From assembly GCF_006345805.1 (NCBI RefSeq), contig NC_043017.1, positions 20,708,001-20,772,000 on the forward strand: 64,000 nt of DNA, in the 5' to 3' direction. A program made the translations under genes and the position numbers. A model generated the notes under the pieces. It worked only from the letters and a program-made list of their open reading frames with translations. It was not told where the DNA came from and did not search any database. Below, piece by piece: positions 37,274-49,831 of the stretch (position 1 is its first letter; each line of letters starts with the position of its first letter). This DNA comes from Octopus sinensis. Its lineage: Eukaryota.

Positions 37274-37274
<1 letters not shown>
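36803..37274 (-). mobile_element. Non-coding TAA-embedded repeat, family C (long copy)
   Basis: Shares ~180 bp with 17880-18061 in opposite orientation. Both copies end CTCTCTCACTCA-ATAATAA and are flanked by (TAA)n. Confidence 0.75.
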
Positions 37275-37313
<39 letters not shown>

Positions 37314-38245
37314 TTTATTATCACTATTATTATTTATTTAGTTATCTATTTATTTTGCTGACTTCAATAAAAATAATTATTTAGAATTCGTGATGCATAT
37401 AAATAGTGTTTACCCAAAACAGCCCCAATTTTTTTTTTTTATCTTGATGCAACGAATTTAGAAGAATGTATGACGGCTGGGGCCGGGGTAAGGGGGAAGA
37501 AAACAGACCCTTTATGAGTTATTTACAATTGCTGTAAAGTAAAAGAAAATAGAGTGAGATTTTCATCACAAAAACGAAATACACACACATGTGTATGTAT
37601 ATGTATATGTGTGTGCGTGTGTGTGTATATATATGCAGATATCTATATATGTGTGTGTGTATGTGTTCTGGAAAAGGAATTTCAAAGATTCAACAGATAA
37701 TACCAAAGTAATGGTGTACATATAATATGTTGGGTGTTACAGATATCATTTGACAAGATTCCTACAAGATATCAACTACATAATACATCTCTTCTCTTTC
37801 ACTTCCTCCTTTCCTCTTTCACACACACGCACACAAATATGCCTGCACACACACATACACACACACATATATATGTATGTATGTATGGCATTAGAAGGGC
37901 ATCCAGCCATAGAAACCATGCCAAATCAAACTGGAATCTGGTGCAGCCCCTACGCTTACCAGCATCAATGCCAGCATCAACAACAGATGTTAATGATGAT
38001 GATGATGGACATATATATATATAAGCATTGGCTTGGCTGTGTGGTCATAATGTTTGCTTTCAAACAATGTGGTTTTGAGTTCAGTTTCACTGTATGGCAC
38101 CTTGGGTCAGTGTCTTCTACAATAACTTGGAGTAAACATAAGCCATGTGACTGAATTGGGTTGAAGGAATCACACACACACAAAGCGTGTGTGTGTGTGT
38201 GTGTGTGCGTGTATGTGTGTGTGTGATAGTGAGTATATAAGCTTA

Positions 38246-38420
38246 TTTGTCTGCCGTTATGTTCTGAGTTCAAATTCCGCCGAGGTTGACTTTACCTTTC
38301 ATCCTTTCGGGATCGATAAATTAAGTACCAGTTACGCACTGGGGTCGATGTAATCGACTTAATCCATTTGTCTGTCTTTGTTTGTCCCCTCTATGTTTAG
38401 CCCCTTGTGGGTAGTAAAAA
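38246..38420 (+). mobile_element. SINE family S1
   Basis: S1 core plus tail. Confidence 0.8.
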
Positions 38421-38445
38421 AAAAAAATTTTTTTTTAAATATGCA

Positions 38446-38626
38446 TAGGCGCAGGAGTGGCTGTGTGGTAAGTAGCTTGCCTACCAACCACATGGTTCCA
38501 GGTTCAGTCCCACTGCGTGGCATCTTGGGCAAGTGTCTTCTTCTATAGCCTCGGGCCGACCAATGCCTCGTGAGTGGATTTGGTAGACGGAAACTGAAAG
38601 AAGCCCGTCGTATCGTATATATGTAA

Positions 38627-38666
<40 letters not shown>

Positions 38667-38882
38667 ATATGTTTGTGTGTCTGTGTTTGTCCCTCTAGCA
38701 TTGCTTGACAACCTATGCTGGTGTGTTTATGTCCCCGTCACTTAGCGGTTCGGCAAAAGAGACCGATAGAATATGTACTGGGCTTACAAAGAATAAGTCT
38801 CGGGGTCGATTTGCTCGACTAAAGGCGGTGCTCCAGCATAGCCGCAGTCAAATGACTGAAACAAGTAAAAGAGTAAAAGAGT
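38446..38882 (+). mobile_element. SINE family S2
   Basis: Full S2 consensus. Decayed or partial copies also lie at about 4227-4405, 14677-14850, 27617-27780, 32380-32760, 51215-51385 and 53420-53565. Confidence 0.85.
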
Positions 38883-39544
38883 ATATATGCTTATATGATC
38901 TGGAAGCTATTTATGTATTTGATATCGAGTAGAATACTCAATCCATAGCATATTGCTCAGGTTTTCATTTTTAATCTTTACAATTTCTGTCATTTAGTTG
39001 TATTGAAACTGTCATTAAACAGGTGATGGTAAAGTCTAATGAAAAACAAAAAACCAAAGGATACTTTAGGCTAATAAGGACTTTGAATTTTTTCGGTTGA
39101 ATCATCGGAGTTTGGTATTGGTAACAAACTCAACAAGATTAACAGTGGTTACTCAAATCTGGATAAAAGGACCAGGCACAGAAAGGGTTTATATTTTTTT
39201 TCTACTGTTTATTTTTTACACAATTACATCTATGAAAATCCTTTTCTACTCACAATCTGCCCTATATACATTACACACGCACACATATATATGGGAGTGT
39301 GTATGAATCTGTGTGTGTGTGTGTGTGTATATGTGTATGTATGTGTCTGTGTTGTGTGTTTTTTTTTGTATGTGTATATATATATGTATATATGTATATG
39401 TATGTATGTCTGGTGTAGCTCCCCAGCTTTCCAGCTCAGGTCACACCATCCAACCCATGCCAGCATGGACAACAGACATTAAATGATGATGGTGATACAC
39501 ATAAATATACACACATACACCATATTTTTCTTTTTATGATTTAC

Positions 39545-39555
39545 AATGCATATAC

Positions 39556-39586
<31 letters not shown>

Positions 39587-39808
39587 TCACATATACATAT
39601 ATATACATACACATATATATACATATATATACAAATATATACATATATATATATACAAATACATACATATACATACATATATATACATATCTATGTATAT
39701 ATACATACATATATATATACACAAATATATATATATACAAATATATATACACACACACACGTATATATATATATATATATATATACAAACATACACACAC
39801 ACACATAA

Positions 39809-39866
<58 letters not shown>

Positions 39867-39885
39867 TATACATATACACAAACAT
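39545..39885. repeat. (TA)/(TACA)n microsatellite
   Basis: Direct reading. Confidence 0.95.
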
Positions 39886-41123
39886 AGAGATATATTCTTT
39901 CCTGTTCTCAATCTGCTATATAGCTTCAATGATTCAAAATAAATAAGTGTTATAAATCCCATTAGTTATGTTTGGTGATCCCTATCGCCTAAATCCATCC
40001 AGATGATCTAAAAATTGTCTACAAGCATTATCCATTCCTCCTCGACTTGTTGACAAATCAGATTTAAAAATAAAGGGAAAAAAAAACACAGAATAAAATA
40101 AATACAACAAAAAAGGAGACGAAATTATATTTACATTGAAAAGAAAAACATCTTCCGAAGAAATTAAGGAATTGGTGAAAACCAAAACGAAAATCTGGAG
40201 ATATTCGTTACGACTCATTCACATCAATCATCATTAGAATGACAAGAAGCCGGCAAATAAAGTACGTTTTGAAGGAGTAGCTTCAGAGAATAGAACCTTA
40301 AGTAATTAGGAAAAAAACCAAAGAAAATAGAATCGAAGACAGAAAATAAGTAATTGTAGTTTGCTATGGGGAAAATGACTTTTCAGTATGTTTTTTCTTG
40401 AATAATTTCTTGACTGCTTCAAGTTTTGCAATAGGCCGAAAGCTGTTTGTTAATGCATAGAGAATCACCTAATGAGATGGATGTTTGACTAAGACTTGTG
40501 GAAGGTTTGGTATAAGTTACTTTGAGTTAGAGATTATGCCTGGCTTTCTCTCTCTCTCTCTCTCTCTTGTTATATCTCTTTCTCTCTCATAAATAAAATT
40601 CGTTATATAAATAAATTGATGAATTAATTAATTAAATAGATGGATAAATAAACACACAAATACATAAGTAATTTAAAAGTTATTCAATTATTTTGATTTG
40701 CCCCTATCACCACATCTACAAAATCCATACATTCTGCTGTACCGTTTAGCTTTTCCCTATATTCTGAGCGAAGGTGCATAACTGGTTCGTTAGAGCGATC
40801 GGCTCATGATCATAAGGTCATGAGTTCAATTTCTGGTGGTGTGCTGTGCCCTTGAGCAAGACACTTTATTTTACATTGCTCCAGTCCACTCAGTTGGCAA
40901 ACATGAGAAGTACCAGTATTTAAAGGGTCAGCCTTGTCACATTCTGTGCCATGCCAAATCTCCCTGCAAACTGCAAACTACATTAAGAGTACATGTGTCT
41001 GTGGAGTGCTCAGCCACTTGCCTGTTTATAAATTGAGTAGGCTGTTCCATTGATCAGATTAACTGGAACCCTCAGCATCATAACTAATAGAAGGCCAGTT
41101 TCTTTAGCTTTCCCCTATACACA

Positions 41124-41167
<44 letters not shown>

Positions 41168-41500
41168 TATATATATATAATATTATTTTATTATTTATGT
41201 GCCCTTTTCAAGCCTAGCCAAACTGATGGGCCCGGTTTCCCAGTTTCTATGGTGTATGTGTTCCCTCCAGTCCGTCGCAGCGTTACTCAAGAAACAGGAA
41301 GAAATAGTGAGAGAAAGTTGGGGTGAAAGAATACAACAAGGGTCGCCACCACCTCCTGCCAGAGCCTCGTGGACCATTAGGCATTTTCACTCAATAAACA
41401 CACACAATGCCCGGTCTAAGAATCAAAACTGCGATCCTCCGACCATGAGTCCGCTGCCCTAACCACTGGACCACAGTGCCTCCACATATATATATATACA

Positions 41501-41718
41501 CTTTATTTAAAGCAGCAGAAAATTCAACAAAACCTGTTACTCACGTTCCCATTCGTCAGACAGTTTTTGCAAAAACTGTCCGACGAATGGGAACGTGAAA
41601 CTCAGAGTAACAGGTTTTGTTGAATTTCTGCTGCTTTAAATAAAGCATATTACTCTACCACTGGTATTTGAGTACTCTTTTTTCCACCTTGTTTCACATT
41701 TATGTGTTTACTCCGGTG
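41501..41718 (+). mobile_element. Fold-back (41501-41645) Penelope-like relic with hammerhead-like motif at the turn, in (TA)n
   Basis: Almost perfect palindrome centred on ACAGTTTTTGCAAAAACTGT. The right arm reads CCGACGA-ATGGGAACGT-GAAA-CTCAGAG-TA-ACAGGTTTTG. Confidence 0.6.
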
Positions 41719-41784
<66 letters not shown>

Positions 41785-42806
41785 CATATATATGCACATA
41801 CACACATATACACACAGAAATATATATGATGGGCTTCTTTCAGTTTTCATCAACCAAATTATCCCACAAGGCTTTGACTGACCTGGGTCTATAGTAAAAG
41901 ACGCTTGCTCAAGGTGCCATACAGTGGAACTGAACCCTCATGAATAAAATTCATTAAATAAAAACTAAAATGCAGCATAAATAAATGAAGGAATAAATAA
42001 ATGATTAAATGAATAAAGAAATCCATAAAAATAGATGTCTTCCTCCTTTCTACTTAATGGAATGCTGGGTAATTTATGCAAGATGAATTAAAAGTAGTTT
42101 TGCATTTTTTTTACCATCCGCCGGAAGATTTGATTGCTATGCAGAAATGGAAGGTATTTTTTTATTTTTGGGGGAAAACTAAATGGAAGACTATAGTCTG
42201 CGACATAAAGAATTTTAATGGCAAGTATTTATTTCATTTGGTAGAAATTAAAAAAAGATATATAATTAAAGAAAACTGGTTAAAAATAAACAAAACTCTT
42301 GCGTTAAAAAAAATTTGACATATTCATAATAAAAAACGATTAATCAATTTGAAACAGTAAAACCCTCTCAACTGAATGGAATTGCAGAAAAGATGGAAAA
42401 AACCCCCAAAAAACACTGAGAAAAACTAAGAGAAAAATGGACATTAATGATTTGAAAAAATTAATTTCTCAACCAGATGAGATTTTTTAAAACAGCACTT
42501 TTTCTCTGATTATATTTCATTACCATGATGGTGCATAGCCGAGCAGTTAGAGAGCAGGATTCGTGACCATGAGATGGGGAGTTCAATTTCTAGACTGGGT
42601 GGTATGTTGTGTTTTTGAACCAAACTCTCCCTCTCGTGCTGTTCTGTGATCAGTGCAACATGTCACATGTGGTACACCGTGCCCATGTTCAGGCAATGGG
42701 TATTTGTTGGAGGGGAGTGAGTTAAAGCATGGCAAATCATCTGTTGCAAGTTGTTCAGCAAGAAACCGCAGAACCATCCTTCCCAGACGACAAGAGACAA
42801 TCATCG

Positions 42807-43772
42807 CTCATTCATTCATTCGTTTGTTCGTTCATTCATTCGTTCGTTCATTCGTTCATTCATTCATTCGTTCATTCATTCATTCATTCATTCATTCCTT
42901 CATTCATTCATTCCTTCATTCATTCATTCGTTCCTTCATTCATTCATTCGTTTCCTTCCTTCATTCATTCATTCATTCCTTCATTTATTAATTAATTAAT
43001 TCATTCATTTGCTCCTTCATTCATTCATTCCCTCATTCATTCCTTCATTCATTCATTCACTCATTCATTCGTTCATTCATTCATTCATTCATTCCTTCCT
43101 TCATTCATTCGTTCATTCATCATTCATTCATTCATTCATTCGTTTGTTCATTTGTTCATTCATTCGTTCATTCATTCATTCCTTCATTCATTCATTCGTT
43201 CATTCCTTACTTCCTTCCTTCATTCATTCGTTCCTTCATTCATTCATTTGTTCCTTCATTCATTCATTCGTTCATTCATTCATTCATTCATTCCTTCATT
43301 CATTCATTCCTTCATTCATTCGTTCCTTCATTCATTCATTCGTTCCTTCATTCATTCATTCATTCATTCATTCATTCCTTCATTTATTAATTCATTCATT
43401 CATTCATTCATTTGCTCCTTCATTCATTCATTCCCTCATTCATTCCTTCATTCATTCATTCACTCATTCATTCGTTCATTCATTCATTCATTCATTCATT
43501 CATTCCTTCCTTCATTCATTCGTTCATTCATTCATTCATTCATTCCTTCATTCATTCATTCGTTCATTCCTTACTTCCTTCCTTCATTCATTCGTTCCTT
43601 CATTCATTCATTTGTTCCTTCATTCATTCATTCGTTCATTCATTCGTTCATTCATTAATTAATTAATTCATTTGTTCCTTCATTCATTCATTCCTTCCTT
43701 CCTTCATTCATTCATTCGTTCATTCATTCATTTGTTCATTCATTCATTCATTCCTTCCTTCCTTCATTCGTT
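42807..43772. repeat. ~960 bp (CATT)n array with variant units
   Basis: Direct reading. Confidence 0.95.
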
Positions 43773-44426
43773 CATATCGCATCATCATCATTGTTTTAAT
43801 CTCCACTTCTCTATGCTTGCCTGAATTTGACAGAATTCATTGAAGCATCTTTTCCGTAGCCCAGATGTCGTTCCTATTGTCATCCCCACTTGTTTCCATG
43901 GAAGATAATATTTCCCCATGGCTGAACATGTTTGCCCTGAAGACTGGAAGTAGAAGAAACTGCTAGTATGACAATGGCACTAATTCATAACTATTACGTA
44001 TCTGACGCACAGTCTTCATTATCACCATCATCATCATCGTCATCATCATCATTGTCATCACCATCATCGTCATCATCACTGTCATCGTCATCATCACTGT
44101 CGTCGTCATCATCATCATCATCATCGTCATCATTATCAATATTATCATCATCATTATTTAAGAGGGTGAGCTGGCAGAATCGTTAGCAGGCTGGGTGGCA
44201 TTTCATCTGTCTTTGTGTTCTGAGTTCAAATACCACCGGGGTCAACTTTGCTTTCATCCTTTCAGGGTCGACACTGCTTTCATCATTTCAGGGTCGATAA
44301 GTTAAGTACCAGTCAAGTACTGGGGTCGATGCAATTGACTTACTCCCTTACCCAATCCAGCTGGCATTATGCCAAAATTTGAAGCCAATATCATTATTAT
44401 TATTATTACCTTTACTATTATTATTA

Positions 44427-44461
<35 letters not shown>

Positions 44462-44519
44462 TTTACTATTATTATTATCATTATTATTATTATTATTATT
44501 ACCTTTACTATTATTATTA

Positions 44520-44552
<33 letters not shown>

Positions 44553-44555
<3 letters not shown>

Positions 44556-44776
44556 TATGTTTGACTTTTGCTTTATGTCTGTACAAGTTGGCTCCAAGTC
44601 TCACCCAGTGACCTCAAGAGACAACAGGTTGGAAGTTCACATTGTTGTTATGCCTAGTGTGCCATATATTTGGGTTTTTTTTTTTTTGGTGTTGTACTAG
44701 TGAATTTCTGATAAATAAATTAAAAAAAAAAAGTTTGTTTTAAACCTTGGAATTACATAGAGAGTATTTTGCGTCG

Positions 44777-44778
<2 letters not shown>
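44553..44778 (-). mobile_element. Dong/R4 family B 3' end
   Basis: The reverse complement reads RKILSM* followed by a UTR matching 23130-23322. (ATT)n flanks both sides. Confidence 0.8.
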
Positions 44779-44827
<49 letters not shown>

Positions 44828-45164
44828 GTTGTTATCATCATTACCATTATTATTAAGATGGTGAGATGGTTGAATAGGTTGCATATTTCTAACAGACTAA
44901 GCTAAGGAAGAAGACAAAGATTTTTTCTGGTCAGGATTTGTTTTCCTACTTATGTTGTTGTTATTGCTGTTTAATCCTGGGTCAATCTTGATATGGATGG
45001 CCAATGATCATCCCATTCCAGCCATGACATTCTAGCAGACTGTGCATCTGTGAATACACACTATTTAACTGTGCCTTCCGTTCCTTTAAAAACGCATGAT
45101 TTGAGGGAGTTTTAGCTGCTATTTCTAATACAATAAATAACAAGGAAAAGATTTTCTTATAGCT

Positions 45165-45388
45165 TGCAGAAACGTTAGCACGCCGGGTGAGATGCTTAGC
45201 GGTATTTCATCTGCGTTACGTTGTGAGTTCAAATTCCGCTGAGGTCGAATTTGCCTTTCATCCTTTTGGGGTCGATAAATTAAGTACCAGTTATGCACTG
45301 GGGTCAATGTAATCGACTTAATACCTATGTCTGTCCTTGTTTGTCCCCGGTGTGTTTAGACCCTTGTGGGTAATAAAGAAATAGGTAT
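45165..45388 (+). mobile_element. SINE family S1
   Basis: S1 unit ending AAAGAAATAGGTATTT. Further decayed S1 copies lie at about 19045-19260, 19700-20200, 26920-27035, 27320-27490, 36440-36615 and 44160-44390. Confidence 0.8.
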
Positions 45389-45838
45389 TTTCCCTCCTTT
45401 GATAGACAGCTGAGATATGATTTAAGGGTGTTTCGGCTGCTATTTCTAAAAGACTTATTAACCAATTAGATTTGTTTCCGACAAGGTACCACCCAATGGT
45501 ACCTTCCTTTCATTTCAAGAAAGCTGAGGTATCATATAAAGGTATTTGGCTGCTATTTCTACCATGCCAGTTGGCCATCCAAAGGCCTTGTCATCAATTC
45601 AATTTGCTGTCTATAGAGGTTTCACTTGAATTGCTTCAAGAACTCATGACTTTTTCAATCTCTCCTTCAGGACAGAATATAATAAATCTAGAGTTGGAAG
45701 AATTGCATTAAGAAAATGTCAAAAACAGAAAACAATAGAATTCCTTGGCATGGTTTTGTTGTTGTTGTGGTCATTCTTTTTTTTTGTTCTTCTTTTTGTT
45801 GTTGTTGTTCTTCTTCTTCTTCTTTACCTTCTTCTTCT

Positions 45839-45873
<35 letters not shown>

Positions 45874-45889
45874 TTCTTCTTTTCCTTCT

Positions 45890-45989
45890 NNNNNNNNNNN
45901 NNNNNNNNNNNNNNNNNNNNNNNNNNNNNNNNNNNNNNNNNNNNNNNNNNNNNNNNNNNNNNNNNNNNNNNNNNNNNNNNNNNNNNNNN
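45890..45989. other. Assembly gap (100 N) between (CTT)n and (ACAT)n runs
   Basis: Direct reading. Confidence 0.99.
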
Positions 45990-46368
45990 TACATACATAC
46001 ATACATACATACATACATACATACATACATACATACATACATACATACATACATACATACATACATAACAACATACATACATACATACATAAATACTACA
46101 TACCATACATACATACATACATATATATATATATTATATATATAAAGAAGAAGGAGGTAGTTAGAATTTTGGATAAATCTATTTAGCTCTTTCGTTAGTT
46201 CAATTGAACTCTTAAAGATATCTTTGAACAAGTGGAAGTGCTGTTAAAGGATTATCCCAAATTCTGACAGCCTCCTTCTTCTTAATATACAATATCTGTA
46301 TACCACTTCAAACACTCTATACATCATCATCCTCATTGTTTAATTTCCACCTTCCATGCTGGTAAGGG

Positions 46369-46402
<34 letters not shown>

Positions 46403-46404
46403 AT

Positions 46405-46581
46405 GTGTGAGGAGAGTTTACGAAAAAAACAAAAGACGAAGACAGGTGGTGTAGAAAACAAACAGATGTATTAGTATAACGCTCAGGAATAGAAAAAGTC
46501 TTTTACGTTTCGAGCCTATGCTCTTCTACAGAAAGGGACACAGAAAAAACAAGGAGAGAAACAAGGAAAGAAAAAAGGATA

Positions 46582-46583
<2 letters not shown>
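46405..46583 (-). mobile_element. Short Penelope-like relic (family P1) in (TA)n, with variant hammerhead-like motif at 46498-46539
   Basis: Minus strand reads GTCCCTTT-CTGTAGA-A-GAGC-ATAG-GCTC-GAAA-CG-T-A-AAAGAC. Homologous to the copies at 48481, 50205 and 62463. Confidence 0.55.
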
Positions 46584-46615
<32 letters not shown>

Positions 46616-46658
46616 TATATTAAATCTCTGAGTGAGATAGAAACAGTAGCAGTACAGA

Positions 46659-47193
46659 ACTGTAGCATATATTTGCCAGCCAAGTGTGGCGTCCTATACA
46701 GGACAGTGCTACTGATGTTTATAGCCCCAGGAAGACATCTCCTCCAGCTGGTTAATGACACACATTCTGCGTCCGATTAGTATTGCGAGGTCATTGCTCC
46801 CATCTCTAGCCTTATGTGATACACACAGACTTGAGTTTCTGGGTGGTTACCTGTCCTCAGTGGGTGTTAATCACAAGCTAGTGATGAAAGCTCATTCCAC
46901 TCACAAAATACTATATGCTTTTTCCAGTGACAAACTGTTGATGATCTCAAAAATGAGTTTTCATAATTAGCTTGTGTTTAACACATACTAAGAATGGGTA
47001 ACCACCCAGAAACTCGAGTTTGTGTATATTGTGTAAGGCTAGAGAAGGGAGTGATGATCTCCCCTCGCAAATACTAATTGTACATAGAATGTGTCGTTAG
47101 TCAGCTGGAGGAGATGTCTTCCTGGGGCTGTAAATGTTAGTATCACTGCCATGTATACGACACTACACTTGGTTGGCAATTATGTGTTACAGT
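46659..47193. mobile_element. MITE-like element with ~190 bp imperfect terminal inverted repeats
   Basis: 46659-46851 is the inverted match of 46997-47193 (e.g. GCCCCAGGAAGACATCTCCTCCAGCTG / CAGCTGGAGGAGATGTCTTCCTGGGGC). Confidence 0.75.
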
Positions 47194-47227
47194 GTGTATG
47201 TATATATATATATATTATATATTATAT

Positions 47228-47271
<44 letters not shown>

Positions 47272-47275
<4 letters not shown>

Positions 47276-47462
47276 ATCCAAACATGAAAGCACAAAAAAA
47301 CACACAATGCGAGGACGTGGAACAATATAGTATTATTGGACGCTCAGGAAAGAAGGAGGGTTTAACGTTTTGAGCGGAGCTTCGTCGGAAACATAGGAGA
47401 AGGAAAGATCCAGAGAAGGAAGACAGAGGAAAAAAAATCGCCAACGGTACACACGCGGTCAC
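47272..47462 (-). mobile_element. Related short Penelope-like relic in (TA)n
   Basis: Minus strand reads GTTT-CCGACGA-AGC-TCC-GCT-C-AAAA-CG-T-T-AAAC, a degenerate hammerhead layout. It shares CGCTCAGGAA with family P1 and has TA runs on both sides. Confidence 0.45.
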
Positions 47463-47465
47463 ATT

Positions 47466-47501
<36 letters not shown>

Positions 47502-47611
47502 ATATAGTACGACAGACTTGTTTCAGTTTCCATCTACCAAATCCACTCACAGGACTTTGGTCACACTGACATTATAGTAGAAGACACTTGCCCAAGGTGC
47601 TACACAGTTGG

Positions 47612-47800
47612 ACTGAACCCAGGACCATGTTGTTAGGAAGCAAGCCTATATGGCATCAAAATTTTTTGTCACACGAAGTTGCGACCTATTCATTGACAAA
47701 AAACTGCATCTCCAATTATGCAATCTTTTCCTTGGATGTACTTGTTTCAGGGCGAGGTACTTGTATTTAAATATGTTCCATTATTATGAAACACACTGTA
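47612..47800 (-). mobile_element. Tc1/mariner-type terminal fragment
   Basis: Ends ATTATGAAACACACTGTA (TACAGTGTGTTTCATAAT on minus). Confidence 0.4.
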
Positions 47801-48438
47801 TTTTGCAATAATAGCACTTTTTTGAGAGATAAACGTAAAAAAACCCCCAAAACATGACAATAGGAAAACAGCAAATTGGAGACAAGGAGCGGGGTTTGAT
47901 AGACAGCATAATTTAGTGATATGTTAAACCTATGTTACAATGGGATACATGAACATAATAGTGAAAAATACAAATGATAATAATAAAAATAATAATAGTG
48001 TTGTTGGGTGGTAAAGAACCTGTAAGAATGGCCCAGTTCTCTTGGAAAGCGGGGCATTGTCTAACGGTTTGGTTGAGTAAAAATCGTTGGAATTACATGT
48101 AACATAAGCTTTGGAATTTTAAGAAAATAAGCAATGATTAAAGTTGATTTCAAGATTTGAATGTCGAGACATTTTCAAATGTGTAATGACATTATTTTTT
48201 TTTGGTGGGGGAGCTCTTTTGTGAAATTAAGGCTGTGGGGTGAGTGGGGGGGGGGCATACAAACACACACACATGCACACACACACACATACAACCACAG
48301 ATACATGCGCACACATATACACGAGGTTCTGTTGTTTATTTATTTCTTTTTCTTGGCAACATAATTACTGAGCTCTGTTTACACATGCACACACCCATAC
48401 ACACACATGAACATGTATAATCTATCTGTCTATCCGTC

Positions 48439-48477
<39 letters not shown>

Positions 48478-48480
48478 TAT

Positions 48481-48632
48481 AGGGGTGAATTCATGAAAAA
48501 AACAAAAGACGAAGACAGGTGGTGTAGAAAACAAACAGATGTATTAGTATAAAGTTCAGGAATTGAAAAAGTATTTTATGTTTCGAGCCTACGCTCTTCC
48601 ACAGAAAGGAACACAGAAAGAAACAAGGTGAA
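48481..48632 (-). mobile_element. Family P1 copy in (TA)n
   Basis: Minus strand reads CTTT-CTGTGGA-A-GAGC-GTAG-GCTC-GAAA-CA-TA-AAAT. The body matches 46405-46583. Confidence 0.55.
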
Positions 48633-48754
48633 ATGAATATATATATATATATATATATATATAGGTATATATATATATATGACAGCCAAACGGATTTTAT
48701 ATATACATTATATACATAATATATATATATATATATATATATAGATAAGATGCA

Positions 48755-48802
<48 letters not shown>

Positions 48803-48804
<2 letters not shown>

Positions 48805-48923
48805 CAGAGCAGTGTCATTAAACATTATGATACTTTTATCATAACTTTTAATTTTTTGATAATGATAAATGAGCACTGTATGTTTTTTTTTCATAACTGT
48901 ATACTTACTTTTGCACCACCCTG

Positions 48924-48925
<2 letters not shown>
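48803..48925 (-). mobile_element. Tc1-type terminal fragment
   Basis: Minus strand begins TACAGGGTGGTGCAAAAGTAAGTATACAG. TA-rich flanks. Confidence 0.4.
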
Positions 48926-48964
<39 letters not shown>

Positions 48965-49133
48965 TTAGCAATTAAGGACAACTACTTAATAAGGAAAACT
49001 TAACAAGAAATTGTCAGGTAGATAGCGTGAAAGACCTCATAAGAGAAAAAAATTTCGAAAATAATTATTTCTTATTGAACATAGCGTGTGGCATGTATGT
49101 ATAATGCCCTCTGGCATGTATGTATAATGCCCT

Positions 49134-49192
<59 letters not shown>

Positions 49193-49797
49193 GTTAATAT
49201 ACTGACATCTGTCTGTCTATCTATCTATCTGTCAGTCTGTCTGTTAGCATGTATGTGCATAAGCACATAATTCCCTTCAAAAGATAAATTTCATACAGTT
49301 CTGCTTCTGTCAATTCTTTTGTTTAAATAAAATTAAATCAAATTAAATGAAATTAACCTCCTACCACCAAAAAAAATAAATAAATAAAAAGACAAAATGC
49401 AAATTTGCAAGAGAAGAAGGAAGAACACAAGAGCAAGAACAAAAAACAAAAGATAAAAAGACAAAAATATAAAGAAAACATATAACAAAAAGCAACAACA
49501 AAGCAAAATTCAAAGTAAAAACAAAACTAAAAAAAAAGAAAAAATGTTCTTGTTTTCATTTTCCAAACGTTTACAAGATATTTTCTAAAAGCCTTCATTT
49601 GCTGGTGTTGCTCCAAGACAAGGACCGATTATTGATTAATAAAGGCTTGCGCCATAAAATTTTGAATTTGGTATTCTATTCTTGTCTGTTACTAGCGTGG
49701 AATATTCTTTTCTTGTGGAAAACTAAAAGAGGAGAAAACGAAAAACAGGACAAGAAAAAGCAGAAAAACAGAACAAAAAATTCTTTTGTTGTGTTAA

Positions 49798-49831
<34 letters not shown>

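Noticed and set aside
45671-45752. Strong acceptor followed by open frame TEYNKSRVGRIALRKCQKQKTIEFLGM
   Set aside because: Weak donor (GTTTTG), no recognised homology, and adjacent to a gap. Worth re-checking only if RNA-seq supports it.
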